Shown piece by piece: positions 1 to 10,822 of a DNA stretch of 64,000 nt; within the stretch, counting starts at the first letter, position 1; each line of letters begins with the position of its first letter. The notes beneath the pieces were generated by a model. That model saw only the letters and a program-made list of their open reading frames with translations. It searched no databases and was not told the DNA's origin. Made by a program: the position numbers and the translations under genes. Source of the DNA: Nitrospirota bacterium (lineage in GTDB: Bacteria > Nitrospirota > UBA9217); assembly GCA_963796285.1 (NCBI GenBank), contig CAWCKW010000006.1, forward strand, positions 152,090-216,089. Reading direction: 5' to 3'.

Positions 1-1354
1 GATCCTGAGCGGTCCGAACGCCGGCGGCAAAACAGTGATCCTGAAGACCGTTGGACTCCTCTCCCTCATGGCGCAGTCCGGCATACCGGTGACAGCGGAT
101 GAAGGAAGCGAGCTTCCGTGCTTCAGTTCGTTATTCGCCGATATCGGCGACGAGCAGAGCCTGGAACAGGACCTGAGCACCTTTTCGTCCCATGTACGCC
201 AGATCGCGGAGATCCTTCATCAGGCGGATCGGGATTCCCTCGTGCTGCTGGACGAACTCGGGTCCGGCACGGACCCGAACGAGGGTGCGGGACTCGGCGC
301 GGCAGTGCTCGAGAGCCTGATTGAGCGCGGCTGCATCGCTCTTGTGACCACGCATCACAACGCGCTGAAGCTTTTTGGTTCGCAGACGAGCGGTGCCGTG
401 AACGCGGCCATGGAGTTCGATCCCCAGACGCTCAAGCCCACGTACCAGCTCATACCAGGCAGGCCTGGCAGGAGCTATGGCTTGGATATGGCAACGAGGC
501 TTGGTGTGCCAGATGAGGTGATCGGTCGCGCACGGGCACGGATCAGCCAGGATGATGCCAGGCTTGAGACGCTGCTCAAACAGGTGGAGGATGATTCCCG
601 TCTGCTCGCGTCCGAAAGGGAATTTCTCGAAAAAGAGTGTGCAGCAGCAAAACAGGAACGGGTCGAGGCAGCATCCCTGCTCCGGGCAGCGAAGGAAGAG
701 GCCCGTGCGGTAAAAACAAGGACAAAAGAGGAGGCGCGGGAGGTCCTGTCCGCCCTGCGTCAGAAGCTCCGAGAACTTTCACGTACTGCGGAGCTGGAAC
801 AGGCAGATATCAGGAAAACGGTCTCGGAGGTCGAGGCCCTAGCGAAGGCATTGCAGCCCGGTGAATTGGAACCGCAGGTTGCTTCTGTGCCGCTGACCGA
901 CCTGCACCGGGGTGACCGGATAAAGCTGGTGAGGGTGAACAAAACCGGCATTGTGCTCGGTTCGCACCGGGGCATGCTCGAGATCGAGGTTGACGGCAAG
1001 AAGATCAAGCTCTCCTCGCGCGAGGTTGTGCTGCTCGATCCTGTTCCGCATGGGCAAAAAGCGCACAGTGTACCTGGCTGGGGTACCGAACTCCACGAAG
1101 AAGAAGGACCATTGGACCGGCTCAACCTCCTCGGTTTTCGCGTGAATGAGGCATTGACAGAAGTGGAACGGTTCATCGACCGCGTCGGGATGAGCGGCCT
1201 GACCGTTGTGACCATTATCCACGGCTTGGGGACCGGCGCCCTCAAGACAGCAGTAACAGAATATCTCACGAACCATCCGCTTATCGCAGTCATCCGGCCG
1301 GGAGAACCGGCCGAAGGCGGCGCAGGCGTTACCGTGGCGGAGTTGAAAAAATAA
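1..1354 (+). CDS. mutS2: MutS2 endonuclease/ribosome-splitting ATPase (5'-truncated by window edge)
   Basis: Walker A GPNAGGKT at window start, LLDELGSGTDP Walker B, coiled coil, KOW-like segment and C-terminal Smr domain (IIHGLGTGAL). Confidence 0.95.
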   Translation, partial: ILSGPNAGGKTVILKTVGLLSLMAQSGIPVTADEGSELPCFSSLFADIGDEQSLEQDLSTFSSHVRQIAEILHQADRDSLVLLDELGSGTDPNEGAGLGAAVLESLIERGCIALVTTHHNALKLFGSQTSGAVNAAMEFDPQTLKPTYQLIPGRPGRSYGLDMATRLGVPDEVIGRARARISQDDARLETLLKQVEDDSRLLASEREFLEKECAAAKQERVEAASLLRAAKEEARAVKTRTKEEAREVLSALRQKLRELSRTAELEQADIRKTVSEVEALAKALQPGELEPQVASVPLTDLHRGDRIKLVRVNKTGIVLGSHRGMLEIEVDGKKIKLSSREVVLLDPVPHGQKAHSVPGWGTELHEEEGPLDRLNLLGFRVNEALTEVERFIDRVGMSGLTVVTIIHGLGTGALKTAVTEYLTNHPLIAVIRPGEPAEGGAGVTVAELKK

Positions 1355-1355
1355 C

Positions 1356-3140
1356 GTGTTCTCCGAAGATATCATAAGCCGGGTCAGGGACAGCATCGAC
1401 ATCGTTGATCTAATATCCGGATATGTGTCCCTCAAGAAAACGGGCAAGAACCACCTCGGCCTCTGCCCCTTTCATTCTGAGAAGACGCCGTCGTTCAACG
1501 TGAACCCGGAAAAACAGATCTTCCATTGTTTCGGGTGTGGTGTGGGCGGGGACGTGTTCAAGTTTCTCGAGTTGCAGGAGGGGCTGAACTTTCCCGAAGC
1601 AGTGAAGCAGTTGGCGGCCAGGGGGGGGATACCGCTTCCCGCTGACAGTGTGTCGCGCAAAGAGGACAAGAGGACGGAAGATGAGCGCAAAGCCCTCCTC
1701 ACGATCATCGCTGATGCAGCGGGCTACTTCCGGCAAGAGCTCGAAGGACCCGCTGGCAGTGCGGCCCGGGCCTATTTGAATAAAAGAGGCGTGACCGACC
1801 AGGTTGTACAGGATTTTGCGCTCGGTTTTGCCAGGCCCGAGTGGGACGGATTGCTCAGGCATCTCAAGCAGAAGGGATACGCTTTCAGCCAGATGGAGAA
1901 GGCCGGGCTCATCGTTAAGCGCAGCGAGGCCGAGGGTTACTACGACCGGTTCCGGGGCAGGATCATCTTCCCGATCCGCGATATCTCCGGGAACGTGATC
2001 GCCTTCGGCGGCCGGGTGATGGATGACTCACTTCCCAAGTATCTGAACTCTCCGGAGACGCCGCTGTACAGCAAGAGCAACGTTCTCTATTGCCTGGACA
2101 AGGCAAAAGAGCCGGCTCGGAAGCAGAAATATTTTATCATCGTCGAGGGATATCTCGATGCGATCGCGTGCCATCAATACGGGGCGCAGAACACGGTGGC
2201 CACGCTCGGCACGGCGCTCACCGAGGGGCATCTTCGGCTTATGCGGCGTTTCGCTCAGAACCTCGTGCTTATCTTCGACCCTGATCCGGCGGGGGTGAAG
2301 GCAGCCATGCGGGGCCTCGACCTGTTCGTGTCGAGCGGATTGAAAGTGAATGTCGTCTCGCTTCCCGACAACGACGACCCTGACACGTTCCTGAAGAAGA
2401 ACGGCTACGAGGCGTTCGCCGCCTGTCTCAGGAAGTCCGAGAAGTTCATGGACTTTGTGCTCGGCCAGGTGGTGAAGGGAGGTCAGGCGACCTCGATCGA
2501 CGAGAAGGTGGAAAAGGCTGGCGAGATGCTCGGATACATCGCCAGGCTTCCGAGCGGCATCGAGCGCGATTACTATCTAAAACGGACTGCGGAGGCGCTG
2601 GACCTGGACGAGGGTGTACTGAGGCAGGAGATGCCAAGGCCGCCAAAGGGCCCTTCCCATCACCCGGCGGAAAATAAAGTCCCTGCAACACACCGGGGGC
2701 ACAAGCCCAAGGCCGAAGAGACGCTGATCCATTTGATGCTCAAGGATGCGGCAATCGCTCTCGGCTTGAGGGACCAGGTGAAGCCCGAGGATTTTACCGA
2801 CCCCCTGTTCCAGCGCGCGGCGAAGCTCATTTTTGATTCACTCGATGATCAGGGCAGGCTTGATGCCGGTGCATTGCTCCGGGATGGAGACGAGGAGATA
2901 AAAAATCTGATTTCCCATTATTCCGTGCTCGAAATGGTGTATGATGATCAGGCAAAATCATGCAGCGATTGCATTGATTTGATAAAACAGAAGGACCCGG
3001 AAAAAAAGATGAAGTTGTTGCCGAAGGCGATCGAGGAAGCAGCGGCCAATGAAGACTGGGCGGAACATCGCCGGTTGCTTGAGGAGCAGAACCTGTTAAG
3101 CCGAAGAACAGGCAGAAAGATCCCCGGATTGGGCAGTTAA
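1356..3140 (+). CDS. dnaG: DNA primase
   Basis: CPFH...CFGC zinc finger, YDRFRGRIIFPI, KYLNSPET, TOPRIM EGYLD and DPD motifs. Confidence 0.97.
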   Translation: MFSEDIISRVRDSIDIVDLISGYVSLKKTGKNHLGLCPFHSEKTPSFNVNPEKQIFHCFGCGVGGDVFKFLELQEGLNFPEAVKQLAARGGIPLPADSVSRKEDKRTEDERKALLTIIADAAGYFRQELEGPAGSAARAYLNKRGVTDQVVQDFALGFARPEWDGLLRHLKQKGYAFSQMEKAGLIVKRSEAEGYYDRFRGRIIFPIRDISGNVIAFGGRVMDDSLPKYLNSPETPLYSKSNVLYCLDKAKEPARKQKYFIIVEGYLDAIACHQYGAQNTVATLGTALTEGHLRLMRRFAQNLVLIFDPDPAGVKAAMRGLDLFVSSGLKVNVVSLPDNDDPDTFLKKNGYEAFAACLRKSEKFMDFVLGQVVKGGQATSIDEKVEKAGEMLGYIARLPSGIERDYYLKRTAEALDLDEGVLRQEMPRPPKGPSHHPAENKVPATHRGHKPKAEETLIHLMLKDAAIALGLRDQVKPEDFTDPLFQRAAKLIFDSLDDQGRLDAGALLRDGDEEIKNLISHYSVLEMVYDDQAKSCSDCIDLIKQKDPEKKMKLLPKAIEEAAANEDWAEHRRLLEEQNLLSRRTGRKIPGLGS

Positions 3141-3216
3141 TCAATAGCGCGTTGCGCACGGCATTGAATTCATGAGCGCGGACTGGTGAACATTTAACAC
3201 AAAGGAGCATCACAGT

Positions 3217-5019
<1,803 letters not shown>

Positions 5020-5184
5020 ACAAACCCGGACGCGCCATCCTTGACATTTGTCACGGGTTGTGTCAATATACGCATTCGTCGCGCGGAAGATATCCAATAT
5101 CAAACAGTAGATCTCGAACAAATTGTAATTACCAATGAGTATCGTTGGTGTTTGGGGTTTGAATTTTAAATTTGCAGTAGAGCA

Positions 5185-5260
5185 GGGCCCATAGCTCAGC
5201 TGGTAGAGCTACCGGCTCATAACCGGTTGGTCCCAGGTTCGAGCCCTGGTGGGCCCACCA
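5185..5260 (+). tRNA. tRNA with CAT anticodon, most likely tRNA-Ile2 (lysidine-modified)
   Basis: 76 nt cloverleaf GGGCCCA...TGGGCCC-ACCA, anticodon arm ACCGG-CTCATAA-CCGGT, GTTCGA T-loop; paired G1-C72 argues against initiator; position after rpoD as for ileX. Confidence 0.93.
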
Positions 5261-5403
5261 ACCTATCCGTCTGTCCGAATTGAGAGGAATGCCTCAGATG
5301 ACTGGTATTGTAAGGCTTCGTATCAAGACGCCGTTGACAACACGCAGAACGTACGGAAAAATCATTAATATGCGCCCATAGGCGCATTTTTTATTTTGGA
5401 GGA

Positions 5404-6132
5404 GTGATGGACCAACAGCTTAACTTGCTTATTCAGCTTCAGGAAATTGACGGAAAACTTCGCGCTCTCGTCGAAGAGAAAAAAAGGCTGCCCGAGATCC
5501 TCGCGGAGTTCGAGCGAAGGCGTGCGGCAAACAAAGCGAACCTGGAACAGGTCAAGGAAACCCTTCAACTCGCGCAGAAAAACAAGCGGGACCGTGACCA
5601 GGACCTTGAGGTTGAGGTCCAGAAAGTCGGGAAGCTCAAGGCGCACACGTCAGAGATCAAGAACAATAAGGAATACCAGGCGCTGCTCAAGGAGATCGAG
5701 GCCGCGGAGCAGGCAAACAAGGCCATCGAAGACGACATCCTCAGTCTCATGGAGAAGATCGATGCCGCCTCCGCCGGCATCGTTGCAGCGGAAAAACATG
5801 CACAGCAAGAAGAAGAGGCGCTCCAGAACGAGCAGAATAAGATCGAAGCTGAATTTGCGAAAACGGAGACGGATTTGAAGGCCATTGAACAGGCGCGTCA
5901 GGACTTCGTCGTGCGCATCCAGCCGGTTGTGTATGCCAGGTATCAAAAATTGATCGGCACCAAGGCGGGCGTTGCCATTGCCGAGGCGCGCGGTGAATCC
6001 TGCTCCGGCTGCTACATGAGCATCCCGCCCCAGGTGTTCGTGAACGTCAAGAAGAACGAGAACATCATCACCTGTCCGAACTGCGGCCGCATCTTATATT
6101 TTAAAGAAACGATCGTGCAAAAAGACACCTAA
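5404..6132 (+). CDS. C4 zinc-ribbon coiled-coil protein (DUF164/CT398-HP0958 family)
   Basis: Long coiled coil followed by CSGC...CPNCGRIL; usual neighbour of RNase H and rnpB. Confidence 0.9.
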   Translation: MMDQQLNLLIQLQEIDGKLRALVEEKKRLPEILAEFERRRAANKANLEQVKETLQLAQKNKRDRDQDLEVEVQKVGKLKAHTSEIKNNKEYQALLKEIEAAEQANKAIEDDILSLMEKIDAASAGIVAAEKHAQQEEEALQNEQNKIEAEFAKTETDLKAIEQARQDFVVRIQPVVYARYQKLIGTKAGVAIAEARGESCSGCYMSIPPQVFVNVKKNENIITCPNCGRILYFKETIVQKDT

Positions 6133-6242
6133 CCATGTTTACAATCCATAACATATGCCGATCAACCGCTCTTATCCGTTTTAAAAGATATTGTCCCGGC
6201 TGTTCTTAAGCTCTAGCTCGCCCGGTTTAATAAGGATCATTC

Positions 6243-6668
6243 GTGCATAAAACAGGTGTAGGAGAACTCACTGTCTTCAGCGACGGCGCATCGCGCAACA
6301 ATCCCGGCGAGGCCGGGGCGGGCGTGTTCATCATGCGGAACGGCAAGCCTCTGGAAAGGATCGCGCGGTATCTGGGGATGACGACTAACAACATCGCCGA
6401 ATATACCGCCGCGATCATCGGGCTTGGAGCGGGCCGTCCAGCTCGGCGCGTCGAGCGTCAAGCTGTTCGCGAACTCTGAGCTGCTCGTCAAGCAGATCAA
6501 CGGCCTCTACAAAGTGAAGAATGAAGGACTGAAACCGCTCGCATGCCAGGGCCAAGGAACTGATTGCAAAGATCGGCAGCGTTGAGGTACAATACCGTCC
6601 CTAGGGCAATGAACAAGGAAGCGGACGCCCTGGCGAATAAGGCGATAGATGAGAAAATTGGAAATTGA
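6243..6668 (+). pseudogene. rnhA: Ribonuclease HI family protein, three apparent +1 frameshifts (possibly sequencing errors)
   Basis: DGASRNNPG and TNNIAEY in the first frame; SELLVKQING and NKEADALAN recovered after single-base insertions near 6427, 6541 and 6596. Confidence 0.8.
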
Positions 6669-6750
6669 AGTCGGAAATTAAAAATGCAAATTGGTTTGAA
6701 GGAGAACTTTAAATTCGAAATTTCCAATCTTCAATCACCAATTTTCAATT
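6654..6750. repeat. Degenerate 7-nt-periodic inverted repeat
   Basis: AAATTGG/AAATTGA-type units, then complementary TTTCCAA/TCTTCAA/TCACCAA/TTTTCAA units. Confidence 0.5.
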
Positions 6751-6758
6751 GATCTTTG

Positions 6759-7139
6759 AATCAGAGCGGGTGAGGTGATCGCTCTCCGGCAACGGGGGGA
6801 GGAAAGTCCGAGCTCCGCAGGGCAAGGCGGTCCCGAAACGGGACAGGGGGCGACCCCATGGACAGTGCCACAGAAAAGAAGACCGCCCCGTACAGGGGTA
6901 AGGGTGAAACGGTGGGGTAAGAGCCCACCAGGCCCGGCAGCAATGCCGGGTGCTTGGAAAACCCCGCCTGGAGCAAGACCACATAGGGAAGCGTCTCCCG
7001 AGCAATCGGGAGTAAGGACGGCCCGTCCGAGACTTCCGGGTAGGTCGCTCGTGCCTTCGAGCAATCGAGGGCCCAGATAAATGACCACCACTCCCGGGCA
7101 ACCGGGAGGACAGAACTCGGCTTACGACCCGCTCTGATT
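6759..7139 (+). ncRNA. rnpB: RNase P RNA, bacterial type A
   Basis: GAGGAAAGTCC, CAGTGCCACAGAAA, GGGTGAAACGGTGGGGTAAGAGCCCACC and ACAGAACTCGGCTTA motifs; P1 AATCAGAGCGGGT/ACCCGCTCTGATT. Confidence 0.97.
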
Positions 7140-7147
7140 TTTTTACC

Positions 7148-7180
7148 AGCCCATGCTGATGATTCGGCATGGGCTTTTTT
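7148..7180 (+). terminator. Intrinsic terminator of rnpB
   Basis: AGCCCATGCTGA-TGAT-TCGGCATGGGCT hairpin followed by a T-run. Confidence 0.85.
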
Positions 7181-7377
7181 GTTCGCCTGAACCTCTTTGA
7201 ATATTCCTTCCGTATTATAGTTCGCCAGTTCCAAGAAATCCCGCCTTCGTATGCTCATCAAAGACACGCGTTGTTTAAACGAGTCGGTGACAAATTGTAA
7301 ACGGCTGCACCGGAAGCCGCCGCCGTGTCGGCGCCTACGCACAAAATTGCCCGCTCACAACAGTGCACAAAAACAGC

Positions 7378-7406
7378 TTGACACGTGTAACCGTAAGGGT
7401 TACACT
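7378..7406 (+). promoter_or_regulatory. Sigma70 promoter with overlapping palindromic operator (higBA)
   Basis: TTGACA-17 nt-TACACT; inverted repeat GTGTAACC-N5-GGTTACAC at 7385-7405. Confidence 0.75.
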
Positions 7407-7414
7407 ATGGATAG

Positions 7415-7708
7415 ATGATCAAGACCTTCGCCCATAAGGGACTTGAAGACTTCTTTTTCGACGGCACGAAGAAGGGAATTCAGGCGGTTCACGCGCAGAA
7501 GCTTTCGGACATTCTGGACAGACTGGATGCCTTGCACATCGTGGAGGACATGAGATACCTCGGCTCAGACCTGCATCAGTTGAAAGGCGCGCTGAAGGGC
7601 TTCTGGGCGGCAAAGGTTTCCGGAAACTGGCGCGTTGTTTTCACCTTCAAAGAAGGCAACGCCTACCAGGTGAACTATCTCGATTATCATAGAGAGGTGA
7701 GAACATGA
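7415..7708 (+). CDS. higB: HigB-like toxin (RelE/ParE superfamily)
   Basis: MIKTFAHKGLE...LHQLKG...VSGNWRVVF...DYH; toxin-first arrangement. Confidence 0.9.
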   Translation: MIKTFAHKGLEDFFFDGTKKGIQAVHAQKLSDILDRLDALHIVEDMRYLGSDLHQLKGALKGFWAAKVSGNWRVVFTFKEGNAYQVNYLDYHREVRT

Positions 7709-7998
7709 GAACTGGAAAAAGAACACCCACCCATCCGGGCGGCATTTTGAAAAGGCAGTACATGGAACCTTTGTCTCTGACGGTTTCCGAGCTCGCCGGG
7801 ACCCTCGGCGTGTCCCGAAAGACCTTGTCGAAAATCGTGAACGAACGCGGCGATGTGACCCCTGACATGGCGCTGCGTCTCTCCAAGGCGTTTAACACGA
7901 CCCCGGAACTGTGGCTCAATCTCCAGCGTAATTACGATCTCTGGGAAGCCGCGCACAAGTCGAACGACTGGAAGCTGGTCGAGGCGATAGCGGTATAA
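7705..7998 (+). CDS. higA: HigA antitoxin (HTH-XRE)
   Basis: HPGGIL, helix-turn-helix, MALRLSKAF, WLNLQ; ATGA overlap with the toxin. Confidence 0.92.
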   Translation: MRTGKRTPTHPGGILKRQYMEPLSLTVSELAGTLGVSRKTLSKIVNERGDVTPDMALRLSKAFNTTPELWLNLQRNYDLWEAAHKSNDWKLVEAIAV

Positions 7999-8060
7999 AC
8001 GGCAGTTGCAAGAGATAAGGATGAGTGCGCGACCGATACCATAATAAAGGACCTGATACC

Positions 8061-8174
8061 CTAGCGACTCCGGCGCTCGCTGCAACGGCAATGGACCAGA
8101 AGTCAAGTATTATGACCGGGGATTCGGAGTTCAGGGAGGTGGAGCAACTGGTGAACGTAGTGTGGATAGGATAG
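8061..8174 (+). pseudogene. C-terminal remnant of a PIN-domain (VapC-like) toxin
   Basis: Translates LAATAMDQKSSIMTGDSEFREVEQLVNVVWIG*, resembling PIN C-termini (TGD.EF..V); no N-terminus. Confidence 0.6.
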
Positions 8175-8214
8175 GCCCAAAATATTTTTAATTTCTTAAT
8201 TGGAGGGTACACTC

Positions 8215-8601
8215 ATGAAATGGCTCGCTAAGTACACGGACGAAGCTTACGCCCTGATGCGAATCGTGGCGGGATTCATGTTCTCGTTCCACGGCGCTCA
8301 GAAGATCCTGGGAATGCTTTCCGATTTCCAGCCGCCAATGGGATCCCAGCTCTGGTTCGGCGGGCTTATCGAACTTATCGGCGGGCTGGCGGTGATGCTG
8401 GGGTATCAAACGCGCATAGCAGCATTCCTCTGCAGCGGCGAGATGGCTGTGGCCTATTTCCAATTTCACTGGAAATTCCAGATGGGACGTAATTTCTTCC
8501 CGACAATAAACAAAGGCGAGTTGGCTGCTCTCTACAGTTTTGTTTTCCTCTATATTGCCACGCGGGGCGGGGTGAAATGGAAGCTGGACAAAACAAACTA
8601 A
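8215..8601 (+). CDS. DoxX family membrane protein
   Basis: RIVAGFMFSFHGAQK, IELIGG, GEMAVAYF, NKGELA; GGAGG RBS. Confidence 0.9.
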   Translation: MKWLAKYTDEAYALMRIVAGFMFSFHGAQKILGMLSDFQPPMGSQLWFGGLIELIGGLAVMLGYQTRIAAFLCSGEMAVAYFQFHWKFQMGRNFFPTINKGELAALYSFVFLYIATRGGVKWKLDKTN

Positions 8602-8644
8602 AGATTGCTCAAATGAACAGCAGATGTTAAGAATGGAGATAACC

Positions 8645-8876
8645 ATGGACGAAACTGCACAGCTCAGGTATTTGAAGATCGCACTGGTATTTACCAGGGC
8701 ATTCTGCGCGGTGTGAGTCTTTATCAGCTAACCATTTCTGGCCGTCGGGCTGGGCCTGGCACGCGCACGCGGAGGGCCAGTCGCTCTATTTGCAGATGAT
8801 CATCGGGATCTTTGCGACACTCGGCGCTTTCCTGATAATCGCGGCCCGAAATCCCCTCGAGCATCTCAATCTCATC
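8645..8876 (+). pseudogene. Truncated, frameshifted membrane protein (DUF6632-like)
   Basis: WPSGWAWH...YLQMIIGIFATLGAFLIIAARNP follows a frameshifted N-terminus; 3' part missing. Confidence 0.5.
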
Positions 8877-9081
8877 GGCGGCGGTAGGGCCTGGTCTTTC
8901 TTCTTGAAAGGCTTCTTTTGCGAACATTTGGGGTCAGACTTGAGTTATTGAGATTCAAGCAACCCATAACGGGTCTGGCTCTGGAAATTAAGGATTGCTG
9001 ATCGTCCTACAGGCTTCAACCATATTCCAGATGGCGTCGTACTGCATTAAAGATCCCCTTCCACGCACATAGTGATCGCCT

Positions 9082-9785
9082 ATGAAAACCACTCGATATT
9101 TCATGATCATATTCCTGGGCCTTGCGGTGGCATCCTTAGCCACAGGCAGTATTCGGCGCAGAGGATATCTCCAGCCTTCTGGAAAAGAAGGGACCAACGG
9201 CAAAGGGAATAATTACAGAACCATCCATCGTCCGCGAGTCGAAGCTTCCGAACCTGCCGATCAATCCGAAGCAGATCGAGTATCTGATAGACAACCCCCA
9301 CGTAATGCTGGCGTTTGCACACCTGTACGCCCCGTTCCTGGACAACTATAGTGTAGAGTCGATCCGATCATGTGGTCCATATTGACGAACCGGGTACCTT
9401 GGCGGGTGACGCGGAACTTATCGATATCCGTCCGGCAGGAGGGTCTACCTTATTGCCGGATATTACGACGTTTTCAATATGCGGTTCAATGGGGATGTGG
9501 TCCTGGTGACAATGTATTCCGAACAAAGTGAGAACGCGGCAGTTTCAGTAGATGCAACCACGATCGCCTATTTCAAGATCAAGTAGCGGCTTTGCAGGCG
9601 CGTTCGCGCGGCTGGCGGATTATCTGTTCCCTAAAAAAGTGGACGAACGGATCGAGCGCTTTGTCCGTGCGGCGGAAATTATCGCCGTCGCGGTCCATAA
9701 GGACCCCGCGGAAGCATACAGGAAGCTCAAGGCCTCGGGAGAGGTCAGCGCCGAGGAACTCGAGGAGTTTGGCCGGACGTTTTAA
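9082..9785 (+). pseudogene. Exported hypothetical protein split by several frameshifts
   Basis: Signal-peptide-like MKTTRYFMIIFLGLAVASLA; protein-like sequence continues in shifted frames to ...EELEEFGRTF* at 9785. Confidence 0.5.
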
Positions 9786-9921
9786 GAATGCTTGTGAGGC
9801 CGCGTGGGATCAGACATACATCTGTGGTTATGATGCAGCGAGAGTCTTCGATCATCATTCGGAACAAGGAGGCTACGAGTATCTCCCTTTGCATCCTTGA
9901 TCATCACATAAGAAGCTCCTG

Positions 9922-9974
9922 TAGACAGGGCTTTCAATAAGTGCTATAATGAGACCTGTTAATAGTACTATTAA
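9922..9974 (+). promoter_or_regulatory. Promoter and palindromic operator of phd-relE/parE
   Basis: TAGACA-17 nt-TATAAT with extended TG; perfect palindrome TTAATAGTACTATTAA at 9959-9974 next to the RBS. Confidence 0.75.
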
Positions 9975-9985
9975 GGAGGTCTTCA

Positions 9986-10255
9986 ATGGGCACAAAATTT
10001 TCCGAAGATATTGTTCCGCTCAGTGACCTGAAGGTAAATCCCGGCAAAGTGGTTTCGCACGTACAAGAGACACACCGGCCTATTTTGCTCACGAGCAGGG
10101 GCCGTGGAGTGGCCGTGGTCCGATCACTCAAGGATTATGAGGAAGAAACTGAAGAGCGCGCCTTTATGCAGGGCGTGGTGAAGGGGCTGATGGACCTGGA
10201 AGAAGGCCATGAAATTTCGCTCTCCGAGGCGAAAAAACGCCTTGGTCTGAAGTAA
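9986..10255 (+). CDS. Phd/YefM family antitoxin
   Basis: IVPLSDLK...PILLTSRGRGVAVV motif; AGGAGG RBS. Confidence 0.9.
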   Translation: MGTKFSEDIVPLSDLKVNPGKVVSHVQETHRPILLTSRGRGVAVVRSLKDYEEETEERAFMQGVVKGLMDLEEGHEISLSEAKKRLGLK

Positions 10256-10259
10256 TTCC

Positions 10260-10559
10260 ATGGCTGAACAGGCACGAATAACGTTTGCTGCTTCAGCGAT
10301 CAAGGACCTTGAGGACCTGCAGGCCTTTTATGCGGGTGAAGGTGTGCCTGATGTAGGGAAAAGGCTCGTCGCTGAGATCATTACCAGGGTTGAGCGACTG
10401 GGCGCGCATCCGCTGAACGGCCGCGTTGTGCCGGAGTTTGATGTTGAACATCTGCGAGAGATAATTTATCCGCCATTTCGTATCGTTTATCGGCATGATA
10501 AAAACAAGGTGCGTATTGTTCGAATATGGCGAAGTGAAAGACTTCTGAGAATGCCGTGA
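10260..10559 (+). CDS. RelE/ParE family toxin
   Basis: AIKDLE, P..GRVVPEF, LREII..PFRIVYR; follows the antitoxin. Confidence 0.88.
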   Translation: MAEQARITFAASAIKDLEDLQAFYAGEGVPDVGKRLVAEIITRVERLGAHPLNGRVVPEFDVEHLREIIYPPFRIVYRHDKNKVRIVRIWRSERLLRMP

Positions 10560-10822
10560 CTACGTCAGCTATTGTCAAAAATTCTTGAACACCGTAACAT
10601 CCTCCGCGACGATGGGATGAGTAACGGCGATTAAGTAAAGCAACTCACGTACACCTGCTGTTCCCCAAAAAGCCCGAACATTTTAGGGATAGGTCTTTAA
10701 CGTTTGACTATACCCTTTTTCTCTGATAATCTCACTGCATGATTTTCTTCTCGCGCTAATGTAGCTCGCGGCATTAACGAGCGAGTTTTTATCAGCAATG
10801 CCGGGGTACGGGGGGAGGGGCG

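Noticed and set aside
5185-5260. tRNA as the integration site of an island
   Set aside because: No duplicated tRNA 3' end was noticed, and the downstream genes are conserved core neighbours
6735-7342. ORFs overlapping 6735-7342
   Set aside because: They overlap the RNase P RNA gene and are spurious
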